A DNA stretch of 32,000 nucleotides from Halomicrobium mukohataei DSM 12286 (GCF_000023965.1 NC_013202.1:2850001-2882000); one strand, 5' to 3'; positions 14,745-22,436 are shown, counted from the first letter of the stretch. Program-made: numbers and translations. Notes: generated from the sequence alone by a model not told the origin.

Positions 14745-16056
14745 GGCCGTCCGGGCGACCCCCGGCGTCGCGGGCTTTTTCTTCGACGACCAGCGGGCGA
14801 TCAAGCAGGGGGCCAGCCGCGACGGGTTCACCTACGAGGGCGAGCCGGTGACCGACGGCTTCGACCGGATCCGAGAGGCCGGCGAGAGCCTGCTGGTCGA
14901 ACTCCGGCTCGGCGACGGCCGGTGGGTGCGGGGAGACTGTGCCGCCGTCCAGTACTCCGGGGCCGGCGGTCGCGACCCCCGGTTTCGGGCCGACGAGTTC
15001 GTGTCGGTCCTCGAGGGGCAGGTCGCCGACGTGCTGCGCGGACGGGACGCGACCCACTTCGACGAGAACGTCACGGCCATCGAAGCGCTGCCCTCGCGCG
15101 AGGGGGGACGACTCCACACGGCCGTCCGCTACGGCGTCTCGCAGGCGCTGCTGAACGCCGCCGCCCACGCGACTCGGGGCACGCCCACCGACGTGCTCGC
15201 GACGGCGCTGGGAACGGAACCGGCCACGGAGCCCGTCCCGGTGTTCGGCCAGTCCGGCGACGAGCGATACACCAACGCCGAGAAGATGCTCGTCAAGGGC
15301 GTCCCAGTCCTGCCCCACGGACTGTTCAACTCCGCGGACGCGATGGGCGCGGACGGCGACGGCCTGCTCGACTACCTCGACTGGCTGTCGACACGCACCG
15401 ACGACCTCGGACGCCCGGAGTACGAGCCCCGGTTTCACGTCGACGTGTACGGCATGGTCGGCGAACTCTTCGGGCCGCCCTACGACCGCCCCGAAGTCAC
15501 CGACTACTTCGCGGCGCTCGAACGGGCGGCGGCCCCCTACCCGCTGCAGGTCGAGGGACCGATGGACGCCGCTGGGCGGGCCGACCAGATCCACGCGATG
15601 GCCGAACTCCGCGAGGCGCTCGCCGACGCGGGCGTCGCCGTGGACGTCGTCGCCGACGAGTGGTGCAACACGTTCGACGACGTTCGCCGCTTCGTCGACC
15701 ACGAGGCCGCTGACGTGGTCCAGATCAAGACGCCGGACCTGGGCGGCGTCCAGCGGTCGGCCCGCGCGGTCCGCTACTGCGAGGGCACCGACACCCGGGC
15801 GTACCTCGGTGGCACCTGCAACGAGACGGCGACCTCCGCGCGGGCCTGTGCCCACGTCGCGCTGGCGACCGACGCCGCGCAGGTGCTGGCAAAGCCCGGC
15901 ATGGGCTTCGACGAGGGGTACATGATCGTCACCAACGAGATGCGCCGGACGGTGGCACGGATGGACGGGCGAGCGACCGGGGCCGACGCCGCCGAGCGAC
16001 GGGACGCCGTGCGTCGCGATCCAGACCCCGGCCGGGCGGGCGGTGGTCGGCGATGA
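14734..16056 (+). CDS. mal: 3-methylaspartate ammonia-lyase (methylaspartase)
   Basis: 440 aa. Blocks match recalled Clostridium MAL: GFFFDDQRAIKQGA, DGFTYEG, DCAAVQYSGAGGRDP, LHTAVRYGVSQALL, VPVFGQSGDERY, ADEWCNT, VQIKTPDLGG, GGTCNET, VLAKPGMG and IVTNEM. The start overlaps the glmE end by 11 nt. Confidence 0.9.
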   Translation: MRIEAVRATPGVAGFFFDDQRAIKQGASRDGFTYEGEPVTDGFDRIREAGESLLVELRLGDGRWVRGDCAAVQYSGAGGRDPRFRADEFVSVLEGQVADVLRGRDATHFDENVTAIEALPSREGGRLHTAVRYGVSQALLNAAAHATRGTPTDVLATALGTEPATEPVPVFGQSGDERYTNAEKMLVKGVPVLPHGLFNSADAMGADGDGLLDYLDWLSTRTDDLGRPEYEPRFHVDVYGMVGELFGPPYDRPEVTDYFAALERAAAPYPLQVEGPMDAAGRADQIHAMAELREALADAGVAVDVVADEWCNTFDDVRRFVDHEAADVVQIKTPDLGGVQRSARAVRYCEGTDTRAYLGGTCNETATSARACAHVALATDAAQVLAKPGMGFDEGYMIVTNEMRRTVARMDGRATGADAAERRDAVRRDPDPGRAGGGRR

Positions 16057-17135
16057 GCGACTGGACCGACCCGGACGCCTTCGCCTCGGCGCTCGATCGC
16101 GCGGAGACCCGAGAGAAGGGCCACTACTTCGAGCGCTTCGCGGTCGGCGAGACCATCGAGCACGAGCCCGGCCTGGCGCTCGATCGGCCCGGCAACGAGC
16201 GGTGGATGGGCCAGACGCTGAACCACGATCCCGCCTACTGGCGGACCGACACCGCCCGCGAGCGGGACTTCCCCGAGCCACCGATCCACCCGGACTACCT
16301 GCTCGCCTGCGTCATGGGCGCGACCGTCGAGGACCTCTCGGAGAAGGGCGGGTACTTCCTCGGCCGGACCGACCTCCGGTTCCACGAGCCCGTCCTGCCG
16401 GGGACCGAGATCAGAGCCCGGTCGACCGTCGAGTCGACGGCCACCTCGAACTCCCGGCCCGACTACGGGATCGTCACCTGGCAGACGGCGGGCTACGACG
16501 CCGAGACGGACTCGGTGCTGGTCAGCTACGAGCGGACGAACATGGTCCCGCGGCGGACCGCGACAGCGGCCGACGGTGGGCAGGTGACCGACGACGAACA
16601 GACGGCCGAGGAGGGAGCGTCCACCCGCACCCTGCCGGACACGCTGATCGCCCCCGACGGCCCCCACTTCGAGGACTTTCGGGCGGCGCTCGATCGCGTC
16701 GGGGACGATCCGGACGCGGCCGTCGCCTACCGCCACGAGCGCGGTCGGACGATGGACGACCAGCTCGTGGCCGGGCTCCCCCTGGCGACGCTGAACACGG
16801 CGCGCCAGCACCACAACCGCGACGCGATGGCCGACTCGCCGTCCGGAGACATCGTGGCCTACGGCGACGTGACCCGCTCGGTCGCGCTGGCCCACGCCCG
16901 ATCGGACGAGGCGACGTACCGGGAACGCGCCTATCACGACGAATCGTTCCACGACTTCGTGACGCTGGGCGACACGATCTACGGCTTCACGCGCGTCCTC
17001 GAAGCCGATCCCGACCCCGGCCCGCCGCGAGCCGGCGAAGTGACCTTCGAACACGTCGCGTTCGACCAGGACCGCCGTCCGGTCTACTCCGGCCGGCGAA
17101 CCGCACTCGTCGACAGCCGACACCCCGACCAATGA
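16053..17135 (+). CDS. mch: MaoC-like double hot-dog (R)-enoyl-CoA hydratase; by context mesaconyl-CoA hydratase
   Basis: 360 aa. The ATG overlaps the mal TGA (ATGA). Hot-dog-like segments are YFLGRTDLRFHEPVLPGTEIRARSTV and DTIYGFTRVLE. It occupies the expected position in the methylaspartate cluster. Confidence 0.78.
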   Translation: MSDWTDPDAFASALDRAETREKGHYFERFAVGETIEHEPGLALDRPGNERWMGQTLNHDPAYWRTDTARERDFPEPPIHPDYLLACVMGATVEDLSEKGGYFLGRTDLRFHEPVLPGTEIRARSTVESTATSNSRPDYGIVTWQTAGYDAETDSVLVSYERTNMVPRRTATAADGGQVTDDEQTAEEGASTRTLPDTLIAPDGPHFEDFRAALDRVGDDPDAAVAYRHERGRTMDDQLVAGLPLATLNTARQHHNRDAMADSPSGDIVAYGDVTRSVALAHARSDEATYRERAYHDESFHDFVTLGDTIYGFTRVLEADPDPGPPRAGEVTFEHVAFDQDRRPVYSGRRTALVDSRHPDQ

Positions 17136-18181
17136 CACGACTCTGTCGCACCTTCCAGACCGCACCGGCCGCCGTCCCGCGCGAGAACTCGGCGAAGTAC
17201 CTCGACTCCGGGCTCACCGCCGAGGGGTTCGAGGCACCGGACTGGCTCGCGCCCGACATCGAGGACGGCACCGCGCCGTCGATGAAAGCCGAGGCGCTCG
17301 AAAACACGATCGACCGGCTCCCCGAATACGGCCCCGACTTCGGCGGGGAGATCTGGCCCCGCGTCGAGTGGAGTTACGCCGACCCGAGCTTCCGGGAGCG
17401 AGGCGTCGACCAGATCGACCGCCTCGTCGGCGAGGCCGGCGACCACCTCGACGGCGTCGTCGTCCCGAAGGTCGGCCGGCGAACAGATGTCGAGCGGGCC
17501 CGCTCGGCCGTCGCGGAGGCCGAACGCGAGCACGGGTACGACGACGGCTCGATCGGTCTCTCCGTGATCGTCGAGACGGCGCGGGCGTTCTCGGACCTGC
17601 GAGAGATCGCGCGGCTGGGCGAGGACTCGCGTCTGACCGGCCTGATCTTCGGACCGGTGGACTACACCGCAGAGCTGGGCGGGCGCGCGATGGACGGCGA
17701 GCGCCCCCAGTGGGCCGCGATGCTCGAACGGCTCTCGAACGAGGCCAGCGCCGCCGGTCTCCTCGCCGTCGGCGGCCCCTTCGACCAGCTCTTTCACGAG
17801 CGGGCAGGGGTGACCTACTACAACGCACCGGGCTACGCCGACCAGGTGACCCGCGAGGCGACCATCGGCATCGACGGCTCGTGGTCGCTCCATCCCAAAC
17901 AGACCGTCCAGGCCAACCGCATTCACATGCCGACCGCCGAGGAACTGGAGCGCGACGTGGGCAAGATCGAGCGCTTCGTCGAAGCCAAGGCAGAGGGGTC
18001 GGGCGCGGTCGTGCTGGACGGCCAGATGGTCGACGAGGCCACGTACAAGAACTTCGCCAACACGGTCGCGACGGTCCGTGCCATCGACGAGGCCCACCCC
18101 GAGCAGACGGCCGACCGCTACGACGGCGACCTCGTCGAGCGTGCGCGCGCCGTCGAACTGGGGTTCGAGGGCTCGACGTAA
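17132..18181 (+). CDS. mcl: CitE/HpcH-family acyl-CoA lyase; by context beta-methylmalyl-CoA lyase
   Basis: 349 aa. The ATG overlaps the mch TGA (ATGA). CitE-like blocks include DIEDG, VVVPKV, SVIVETA, LIFGPVDY and SWSLHPKQ. The 16043 ORF start is an out-of-frame read-through of mch. Confidence 0.8.
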   Translation: MTRLCRTFQTAPAAVPRENSAKYLDSGLTAEGFEAPDWLAPDIEDGTAPSMKAEALENTIDRLPEYGPDFGGEIWPRVEWSYADPSFRERGVDQIDRLVGEAGDHLDGVVVPKVGRRTDVERARSAVAEAEREHGYDDGSIGLSVIVETARAFSDLREIARLGEDSRLTGLIFGPVDYTAELGGRAMDGERPQWAAMLERLSNEASAAGLLAVGGPFDQLFHERAGVTYYNAPGYADQVTREATIGIDGSWSLHPKQTVQANRIHMPTAEELERDVGKIERFVEAKAEGSGAVVLDGQMVDEATYKNFANTVATVRAIDEAHPEQTADRYDGDLVERARAVELGFEGST

Positions 18182-18240
18182 GCGGTCAGATATCCACGCC
18201 GAACTCGACTGTAGCCGGAAGCTGCCACAAAAATTTGTCC

Positions 18241-18260
18241 ACAGTATGCTACAGTATGCC
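18241..18260. repeat. Tandem decamer ACAGTATGC(T/C) x2
   Basis: Read directly as ACAGTATGCT ACAGTATGCC, inside an AT-rich island downstream of mcl and upstream of the DUF5788-like/polX operon. Confidence 0.7.
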
Positions 18261-18412
18261 TCAAGTCGTTTGATTTATCCTCTATGCCGGTGAGCTGAGC
18301 CCGCTGCTCCCGGAGGCCGTCGATTCCGCCGCCGGTGCCCGAGCCCGGCACGAGGGCGGTCCGCGTAGCGGCGGGCGAAGCGAGTAAGACCCTCCCGACC
18401 GAAGACGATCAC

Positions 18413-18865
18413 GTGAAAGACTTCGAGCGCGAGCAGTTGCTCGAACGCATCGGCCGGGAGAGCGCGACGATCGGCGTGGACATCCCCGAGGAGATCGAGG
18501 TGCAAGGCGAGACGATCGAACTCCAGTCGTTCGTCTTCGAGATCAAGCGCCGGGACACGATCCCCTCCGGCGAACGCGACCGCGTCGAGAACGCCAAGCG
18601 CAACCTCCGACGCGAACGCCGCCAGCGCAAGCAGCGCATCGAGGACGACGACATCACGTTCGCGCAGGGAGAGCGCCTCGCGAACTCGATCATCGGGATC
18701 GACCGGGCGCTGAACGCCCTCGAACAGCTCGGCCCGGCCGACATCGAGCAGGAGGCCCAGGCCAAGGAAGCCGCCGACAAGAAACGCTGGATGACGTTCC
18801 TCAAGAAGGCGCTGGGCCACGAGGACGCCGACTCCGGTACCGGGAGGGCGAGTCGCGGACGATGA
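18413..18865 (+). CDS. Conserved haloarchaeal hypothetical protein (DUF5788-like by recollection), charged and helical
   Basis: Core sequence is VKDFEREQLLERIGRESATIGVDIPEEIEV...IGIDRALNALEQLGP...KKRWMTFLKKAL. No in-frame ATG is available. The GTG at 18413 gives about 150 aa, and an alternative GTG at 18335 gives 176 aa. The stop overlaps the polX ATG (ATGA). Confidence 0.6.
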   Translation: MKDFEREQLLERIGRESATIGVDIPEEIEVQGETIELQSFVFEIKRRDTIPSGERDRVENAKRNLRRERRQRKQRIEDDDITFAQGERLANSIIGIDRALNALEQLGPADIEQEAQAKEAADKKRWMTFLKKALGHEDADSGTGRASRGR

Positions 18866-20595
18866 GTCGTAACGACGAGATCGCCCGGCAGTTCGAGGCC
18901 TTCGCCGACCTGCTGGACGCGAAGGGCGTCGACTACAAGCCACGCGCGTACCGCCGCGCCGCGGAGAACATCCGCGAGTACCCACAGGCAGTGGAGGGCC
19001 TCGCCCAAGAGGGCGAGGACGCCGTCGGCGAGATCGACGGCGTCGGCGACGCCATCGCGAGCAAGGTCGTCGAGTACGTCGACACCGGCCACATCGAGGA
19101 ACTGGAGGCGCTGCGCGAGGAGTACCCCCTCGACATGGCGGCGATCACCAGCGTCGAGGGCGTCGGCCCCAAGACCGCCGGGACGCTGTACGAGGAACTG
19201 GGGATCGAGACGCTCGACGACCTCGAATCGGCCGCCGAGGCCGGCGACATCCAGACGGTGAAGGGGTTCGGAGCCAAGACCGAGCAGAACATCCTCGACG
19301 GGATCGACTTCGCCCGCGAGGCCCACGAACGGCAGTTGCTCGGGGACGCCCGCCCCAACGGCGAGCGCGTCGTCGAGTACCTCGACACCGTCGACGCAAT
19401 CGCGTCGGTCGAGCTCGCGGGCTCGCTGCGACGCTGGCGGGCGACGATCGGCGACGTGGACGTGCTGGTCGGCAGCGACGACGCCGAGCGGGTCGTCGCG
19501 GCGTTCGCCGACTGGCCCGAGGCCGACAGCGTCATCGAGGCCGGCGACACGAAGGCCAGCCTGCGGGCCGACGGCGTCCGGATCGATCTGCGCGTCGTCG
19601 TCCCCGAGGAGTTCGGGGCCGCCCTCCAGTATTTCACCGGGAGCAAGGCCCACAACGTCGCCGTCCGGAACCGCGCGATCGAACGGGACCTGAAGGTCAA
19701 CGAGTACGGCATCTTCGACGTGGCCGGCGTCGAAGACGACGACCAGCGGGCCGGCGAGCGGATCGGCGGCGAGACCGAGGCGTCGGTGTACGAGCCGCTG
19801 GAGATGGACTGGGTTCCCCCGGAACTGCGAGAGAACCGCGGCGAGATCGAGGCCGCCGTCGAAGGGGACCTGCCGGACCTCGTCGAGACGAGCGATATTC
19901 GCGGGGACCTCCACACGCACACGTCCTGGTCGGACGGCCGCGCCACCATCGTGGAGATGATCGAGGGGGCGGCCGCCTTCGGCCACGACTACCTCGCGAT
20001 CACGGACCACGCCACCGGGCCGGGGATGGTCGGCGGCGTCGGCCTCGACGACGAGCAACTGCGCGACCAGCTCGCCGAGATCCGGGCGGCGGCCGACGAG
20101 GCGGGGATCGACGTGTTCGCGGGCGTCGAGGCCAACGTCGCGGCCGACGGCCAGGTGTCGGTCGCCGACGACCTGCTGTCCGACCTCGACCTCGTGGTTG
20201 CCTCGCCCCACGCCGCGCTCGACGGCGACGGCACCGAGCGGTTGATCGCGGCGGCAAAACACCCAGCCGTCGACATCGTCGGCCACCCGACCGGTCGCTA
20301 CCTCAACCGCCGTCCGGGCCTCGACGTGGACGTATCCCGGCTGGCGACGGTCGCCGCCGACCACGGCACGGCACTGGAGATCAACGCCGACCCGGCGCGA
20401 CTGGACCTCGCTGGCAGCGCCGTCAAGACGGCGATCGAAGTCGGCGCGACCATCGCTATCGACACCGACGCACACTCGCCGGCCGGCTTCGACAGCCTCA
20501 GGTACGGCGTCCACACCGGCCGGCGGGGCTGGGCCGAGCCCGTTGACGTACTCAACGCCTGGAACGTCGACGACGTGCGGTCGTTCCTCCACTGA
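18862..20595 (+). CDS. polX: Family X DNA polymerase with a C-terminal PHP phosphoesterase domain (PolX)
   Basis: 577 aa. N-terminal 8-kDa/HhH region (NDEIARQFEAFADLLDAKGVDYKPRAYRRAA; HhH GVGPKTA). Nucleotidyltransferase motif GSLRRWRATIGDVDVLV. PHP motifs are GDLHTHTSWSDG, AITDH, SPHA, VGHPTGR, LEINA and DTDAH. Confidence 0.92.
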   Translation: MSRNDEIARQFEAFADLLDAKGVDYKPRAYRRAAENIREYPQAVEGLAQEGEDAVGEIDGVGDAIASKVVEYVDTGHIEELEALREEYPLDMAAITSVEGVGPKTAGTLYEELGIETLDDLESAAEAGDIQTVKGFGAKTEQNILDGIDFAREAHERQLLGDARPNGERVVEYLDTVDAIASVELAGSLRRWRATIGDVDVLVGSDDAERVVAAFADWPEADSVIEAGDTKASLRADGVRIDLRVVVPEEFGAALQYFTGSKAHNVAVRNRAIERDLKVNEYGIFDVAGVEDDDQRAGERIGGETEASVYEPLEMDWVPPELRENRGEIEAAVEGDLPDLVETSDIRGDLHTHTSWSDGRATIVEMIEGAAAFGHDYLAITDHATGPGMVGGVGLDDEQLRDQLAEIRAAADEAGIDVFAGVEANVAADGQVSVADDLLSDLDLVVASPHAALDGDGTERLIAAAKHPAVDIVGHPTGRYLNRRPGLDVDVSRLATVAADHGTALEINADPARLDLAGSAVKTAIEVGATIAIDTDAHSPAGFDSLRYGVHTGRRGWAEPVDVLNAWNVDDVRSFLH

Positions 20596-20598
20596 CCG

Positions 20599-21060
20599 AT
20601 GACCGACCTCCTGCTCGACGTGATGTGCGGGACGCTCGCGACGTACCTGCGCATGTGTGGCTACGACGCCGCCTACGCGCTCGACCGGGACATCGCCCCG
20701 GACGCGCCGGACGAGGCGCTCCTCGTCCTGGCCCGACGCGAAGGGCGACGGATCGTCACCAGGGATCGCGACCTCGCGAGCCGGAGTCCCGACGCGATCT
20801 TGCTCGACGGCCGGGCGATCGAGACACAGCTCTCGGAGCTGTCGGACGCGGGCTTCGAACTCGCCGTCGACGACGAACCCGCGTACTGTGGCGACTGCAA
20901 CGGCCGACTGGACGCCGTCGACGCCGACCGCTCGACGCCCGACTACGCACCGAAGCCCGACGAGACGGACGTGTGGCGCTGTCGAGCCTGCGGACAGCAC
21001 TTCTGGCGAGGGAGCCACTGGGACGACGTGGCCGAGACGATCGCCGAGATCGAGGACTAA
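20599..21060 (+). CDS. Mut7-C (DUF82) PIN-like RNase-domain protein with a C-terminal zinc ribbon
   Basis: 153 aa, starting 3 nt after the polX stop. Motifs are LLLDVMCGTLATYLRMCGYDA, RIVTRDRDL, CGDCNGRL...WRCRACGQHFWRGSHW. Confidence 0.8.
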   Translation: MTDLLLDVMCGTLATYLRMCGYDAAYALDRDIAPDAPDEALLVLARREGRRIVTRDRDLASRSPDAILLDGRAIETQLSELSDAGFELAVDDEPAYCGDCNGRLDAVDADRSTPDYAPKPDETDVWRCRACGQHFWRGSHWDDVAETIAEIED

Positions 21061-21063
21061 CTG

Positions 21064-21080
21064 CCGTCACTGATTGACGG
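21064..21080 (+). terminator. Short hairpin immediately after the Mut7-C gene stop
   Basis: CCGTCA-CTGAT-TGACGG (6-bp stem, 5-nt loop) starts 4 nt after the TAA. There is no adjacent T-tract, so a terminator function is uncertain. Confidence 0.25.
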
Positions 21081-21167
21081 GCGTCGCCGCCAAGCGTGTC
21101 GACCACACGACTGGCGGACGGCTGGCAGCGTGCCCACACCGGCCACTCGCCACGGGCCGGTATGTGG

Positions 21168-21203
21168 GTGTTACCCACCCGTACCAACCGCCCCACTTAG
21201 AGC
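21168..21203. repeat. Copy A of an imperfect direct repeat of about 30 nt (core CCGTACCAA)
   Basis: The sequence here reads GTGTTACCCACCCGTACCAACCGCCCCACTTAGAG, and the exact 9-mer CCGTACCAA lies at 21179-21187. Confidence 0.6.
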
Positions 21204-21257
21204 GGAGTGAGCACGGACCGGCCGACCGAGCCGACGCAAAAACCGCAGGACGGCAGC

Positions 21258-21290
21258 GGTTTAACCGACCGTACCAAACCCCCTAAGAGT
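21258..21290. repeat. Copy B of an imperfect direct repeat of about 30 nt (core CCGTACCAA)
   Basis: GGTTTAACCGACCGTACCAAACCCCCTAAGAG. The exact 9-mer lies at 21269-21277, exactly 90 nt from copy A. It contains the TATA-like TTTAA about 47 nt upstream of the 21312 ATG. Confidence 0.6.
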
Positions 21291-21311
21291 ATCTGATCCG
21301 AACGGTGGTGT

Positions 21312-21554
21312 ATGAGCACGACAGCGACGACGGCCGACACGCGCCTCTCGGAGAAACAGCGCCGCATCCTCGAGTTCCTGCGAGACAACGCCGACACACA
21401 GACGTACTTCAAGTCCCGGCTCATCGGCAACGAACTCGGTCTCTCCGCGAAAGAAGTCGGGACGAACATGACGGCCATCGAAGACGGCGAGTTCGACATC
21501 GACATCGAGAAGTGGGGCTACTCCTCGGCGACGACGTGGAAGGTCACCTGCTGA
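21312..21554 (+). CDS. Small winged-helix-like DNA-binding protein, conserved hypothetical
   Basis: 80 aa. LSEKQRRILEFLRDNADTQTYFKSRLIGNELGLSAKEVGTNM looks like an HTH. By hand count, about 71 of 80 codons end in G/C, which is typical of real genes in this window. Confidence 0.65.
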   Translation: MSTTATTADTRLSEKQRRILEFLRDNADTQTYFKSRLIGNELGLSAKEVGTNMTAIEDGEFDIDIEKWGYSSATTWKVTC

Positions 21555-21680
21555 CCGCTCGTCGAACTCTCTCGTCGCTTCTCGTAGTACCGGCAGCAGT
21601 GCCCGAAGCGACGGCCGACCGTCGGTCACGCCCCCCAGCAGCGACCTGTGCTCGACCGGAAAAGCGACGACAGTCCTCCG

Positions 21681-22295
21681 TCACTCCGGATCGTACGAGA
21701 CGAGATCCGCCGCCTCGGTGGCGAGCGTGGCCGCGTGCTCACCGAAGGAGTCCGCGTAGCGAACGAGCAGCGTCAGGACGGTCTCTGGCTCTTCGACCGC
21801 GTAGCCGTCGTCTCGCGAGAGCAGTCCCACACTCTCCAGTTCGCTCGCGTACTTGCTGACGGTCGGCCGAGACACGTCCAGCGTCGCCGCCAGGTCCCCG
21901 CCCGTGGCCGACGGATCTCTCAGCAGCGCGACGAGCATCCCACGCGGCGTCTCGCGGCGGAGATAGCTCAACACGACCATCTCCCGCTCGGAGAACTGTC
22001 CGGCCGCGAAAAACCGCCGGTAGTCGCCGTCGCGGTAGCTGTCGATCCGTCCGTCCTCGGCCAGTTGCCGGAGGTGATGCTGGCTCTCGCCGGTCCCGAG
22101 CTGGAGGTCGTCTCTGATCTTCGAGAAGTGCGCGCCGGGCGTCGTCGAAACGTAGCCCGCGATCGCTTCACGGGCGTCGCTCTCGGAGTCCCCGTCGCTG
22201 TCAGAGAAGCGCGCCAGCGGACCCGCCGCACCGAGCGCGGCGAACCGGCGCAGCGTCGCACGCTTCGATTCGTCGACCGGACCATCCCCACCCAT
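21681..22295 (-). CDS. Transcriptional regulator with two winged-helix HTH units
   Basis: 204 aa from MGGDGPVDESKRATL. HTH-like segments are GAHFSKIRDDLQLGTGESQHHLRQLAEDGRI and GDLAATLDVSRPTVSKYASELESVGLL. A GTTTTATTA box lies about 29 nt upstream of the 22295 ATG. The track start at 22316 is a GTG inside that promoter. Confidence 0.7.
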   Translation of the reverse strand: MGGDGPVDESKRATLRRFAALGAAGPLARFSDSDGDSESDAREAIAGYVSTTPGAHFSKIRDDLQLGTGESQHHLRQLAEDGRIDSYRDGDYRRFFAAGQFSEREMVVLSYLRRETPRGMLVALLRDPSATGGDLAATLDVSRPTVSKYASELESVGLLSRDDGYAVEEPETVLTLLVRYADSFGEHAATLATEAADLVSYDPE

Positions 22296-22316
22296 GTCTG
22301 GTTCAGCTACGCACAC

Positions 22317-22330
22317 CAGTAATAAAACGG
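22317..22330 (-). promoter_or_regulatory. TATA-like box for the wHTH regulator gene
   Basis: The minus strand reads GTTTTATTA, centred about 29 nt upstream of the ATG at 22295. Confidence 0.45.
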
Positions 22331-22334
22331 CTTC

Positions 22335-22352
22335 GACTGTAGTGACTATAGT
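22335..22352. repeat. Tandem 9-mer GACT(G/A)TAGT x2
   Basis: Read directly as GACTGTAGT GACTATAGT, in the AT-rich gap upstream of the wHTH regulator gene. Confidence 0.65.
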
Positions 22353-22354
22353 AA

Positions 22355-22422
22355 CAATTGAAACGATTTACACACCGATCGCGCTTCCGTCGTGCGATCG
22401 GGTGTGCATTGATTTTCAATGG
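22355..22422 (-). other. Long imperfect hairpin between the SPFH gene stop and the regulator promoter
   Basis: Outer stem ATTGAAA (22357-22363) pairs with TTTCAAT (22414-22420). Inner 12-bp stem CACACCGATCGC (22371-22382) pairs with GCGATCGGGTGTG (22394-22406), with one bulged G. The loop is 11 nt. Confidence 0.5.
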
Positions 22423-22436
22423 CTACTATACCTGGC

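Noticed and set aside
21074-21286. 70-aa ORF spanning the structured gap, whose product repeats HPYQPP / RPYQTP
   Set aside because: It starts at a TTG. By hand count only about 49 of 70 codons end in G/C, against about 71 of 80 for the neighbouring real gene. The repeated peptide simply mirrors the DNA direct repeat. It is treated as non-coding.
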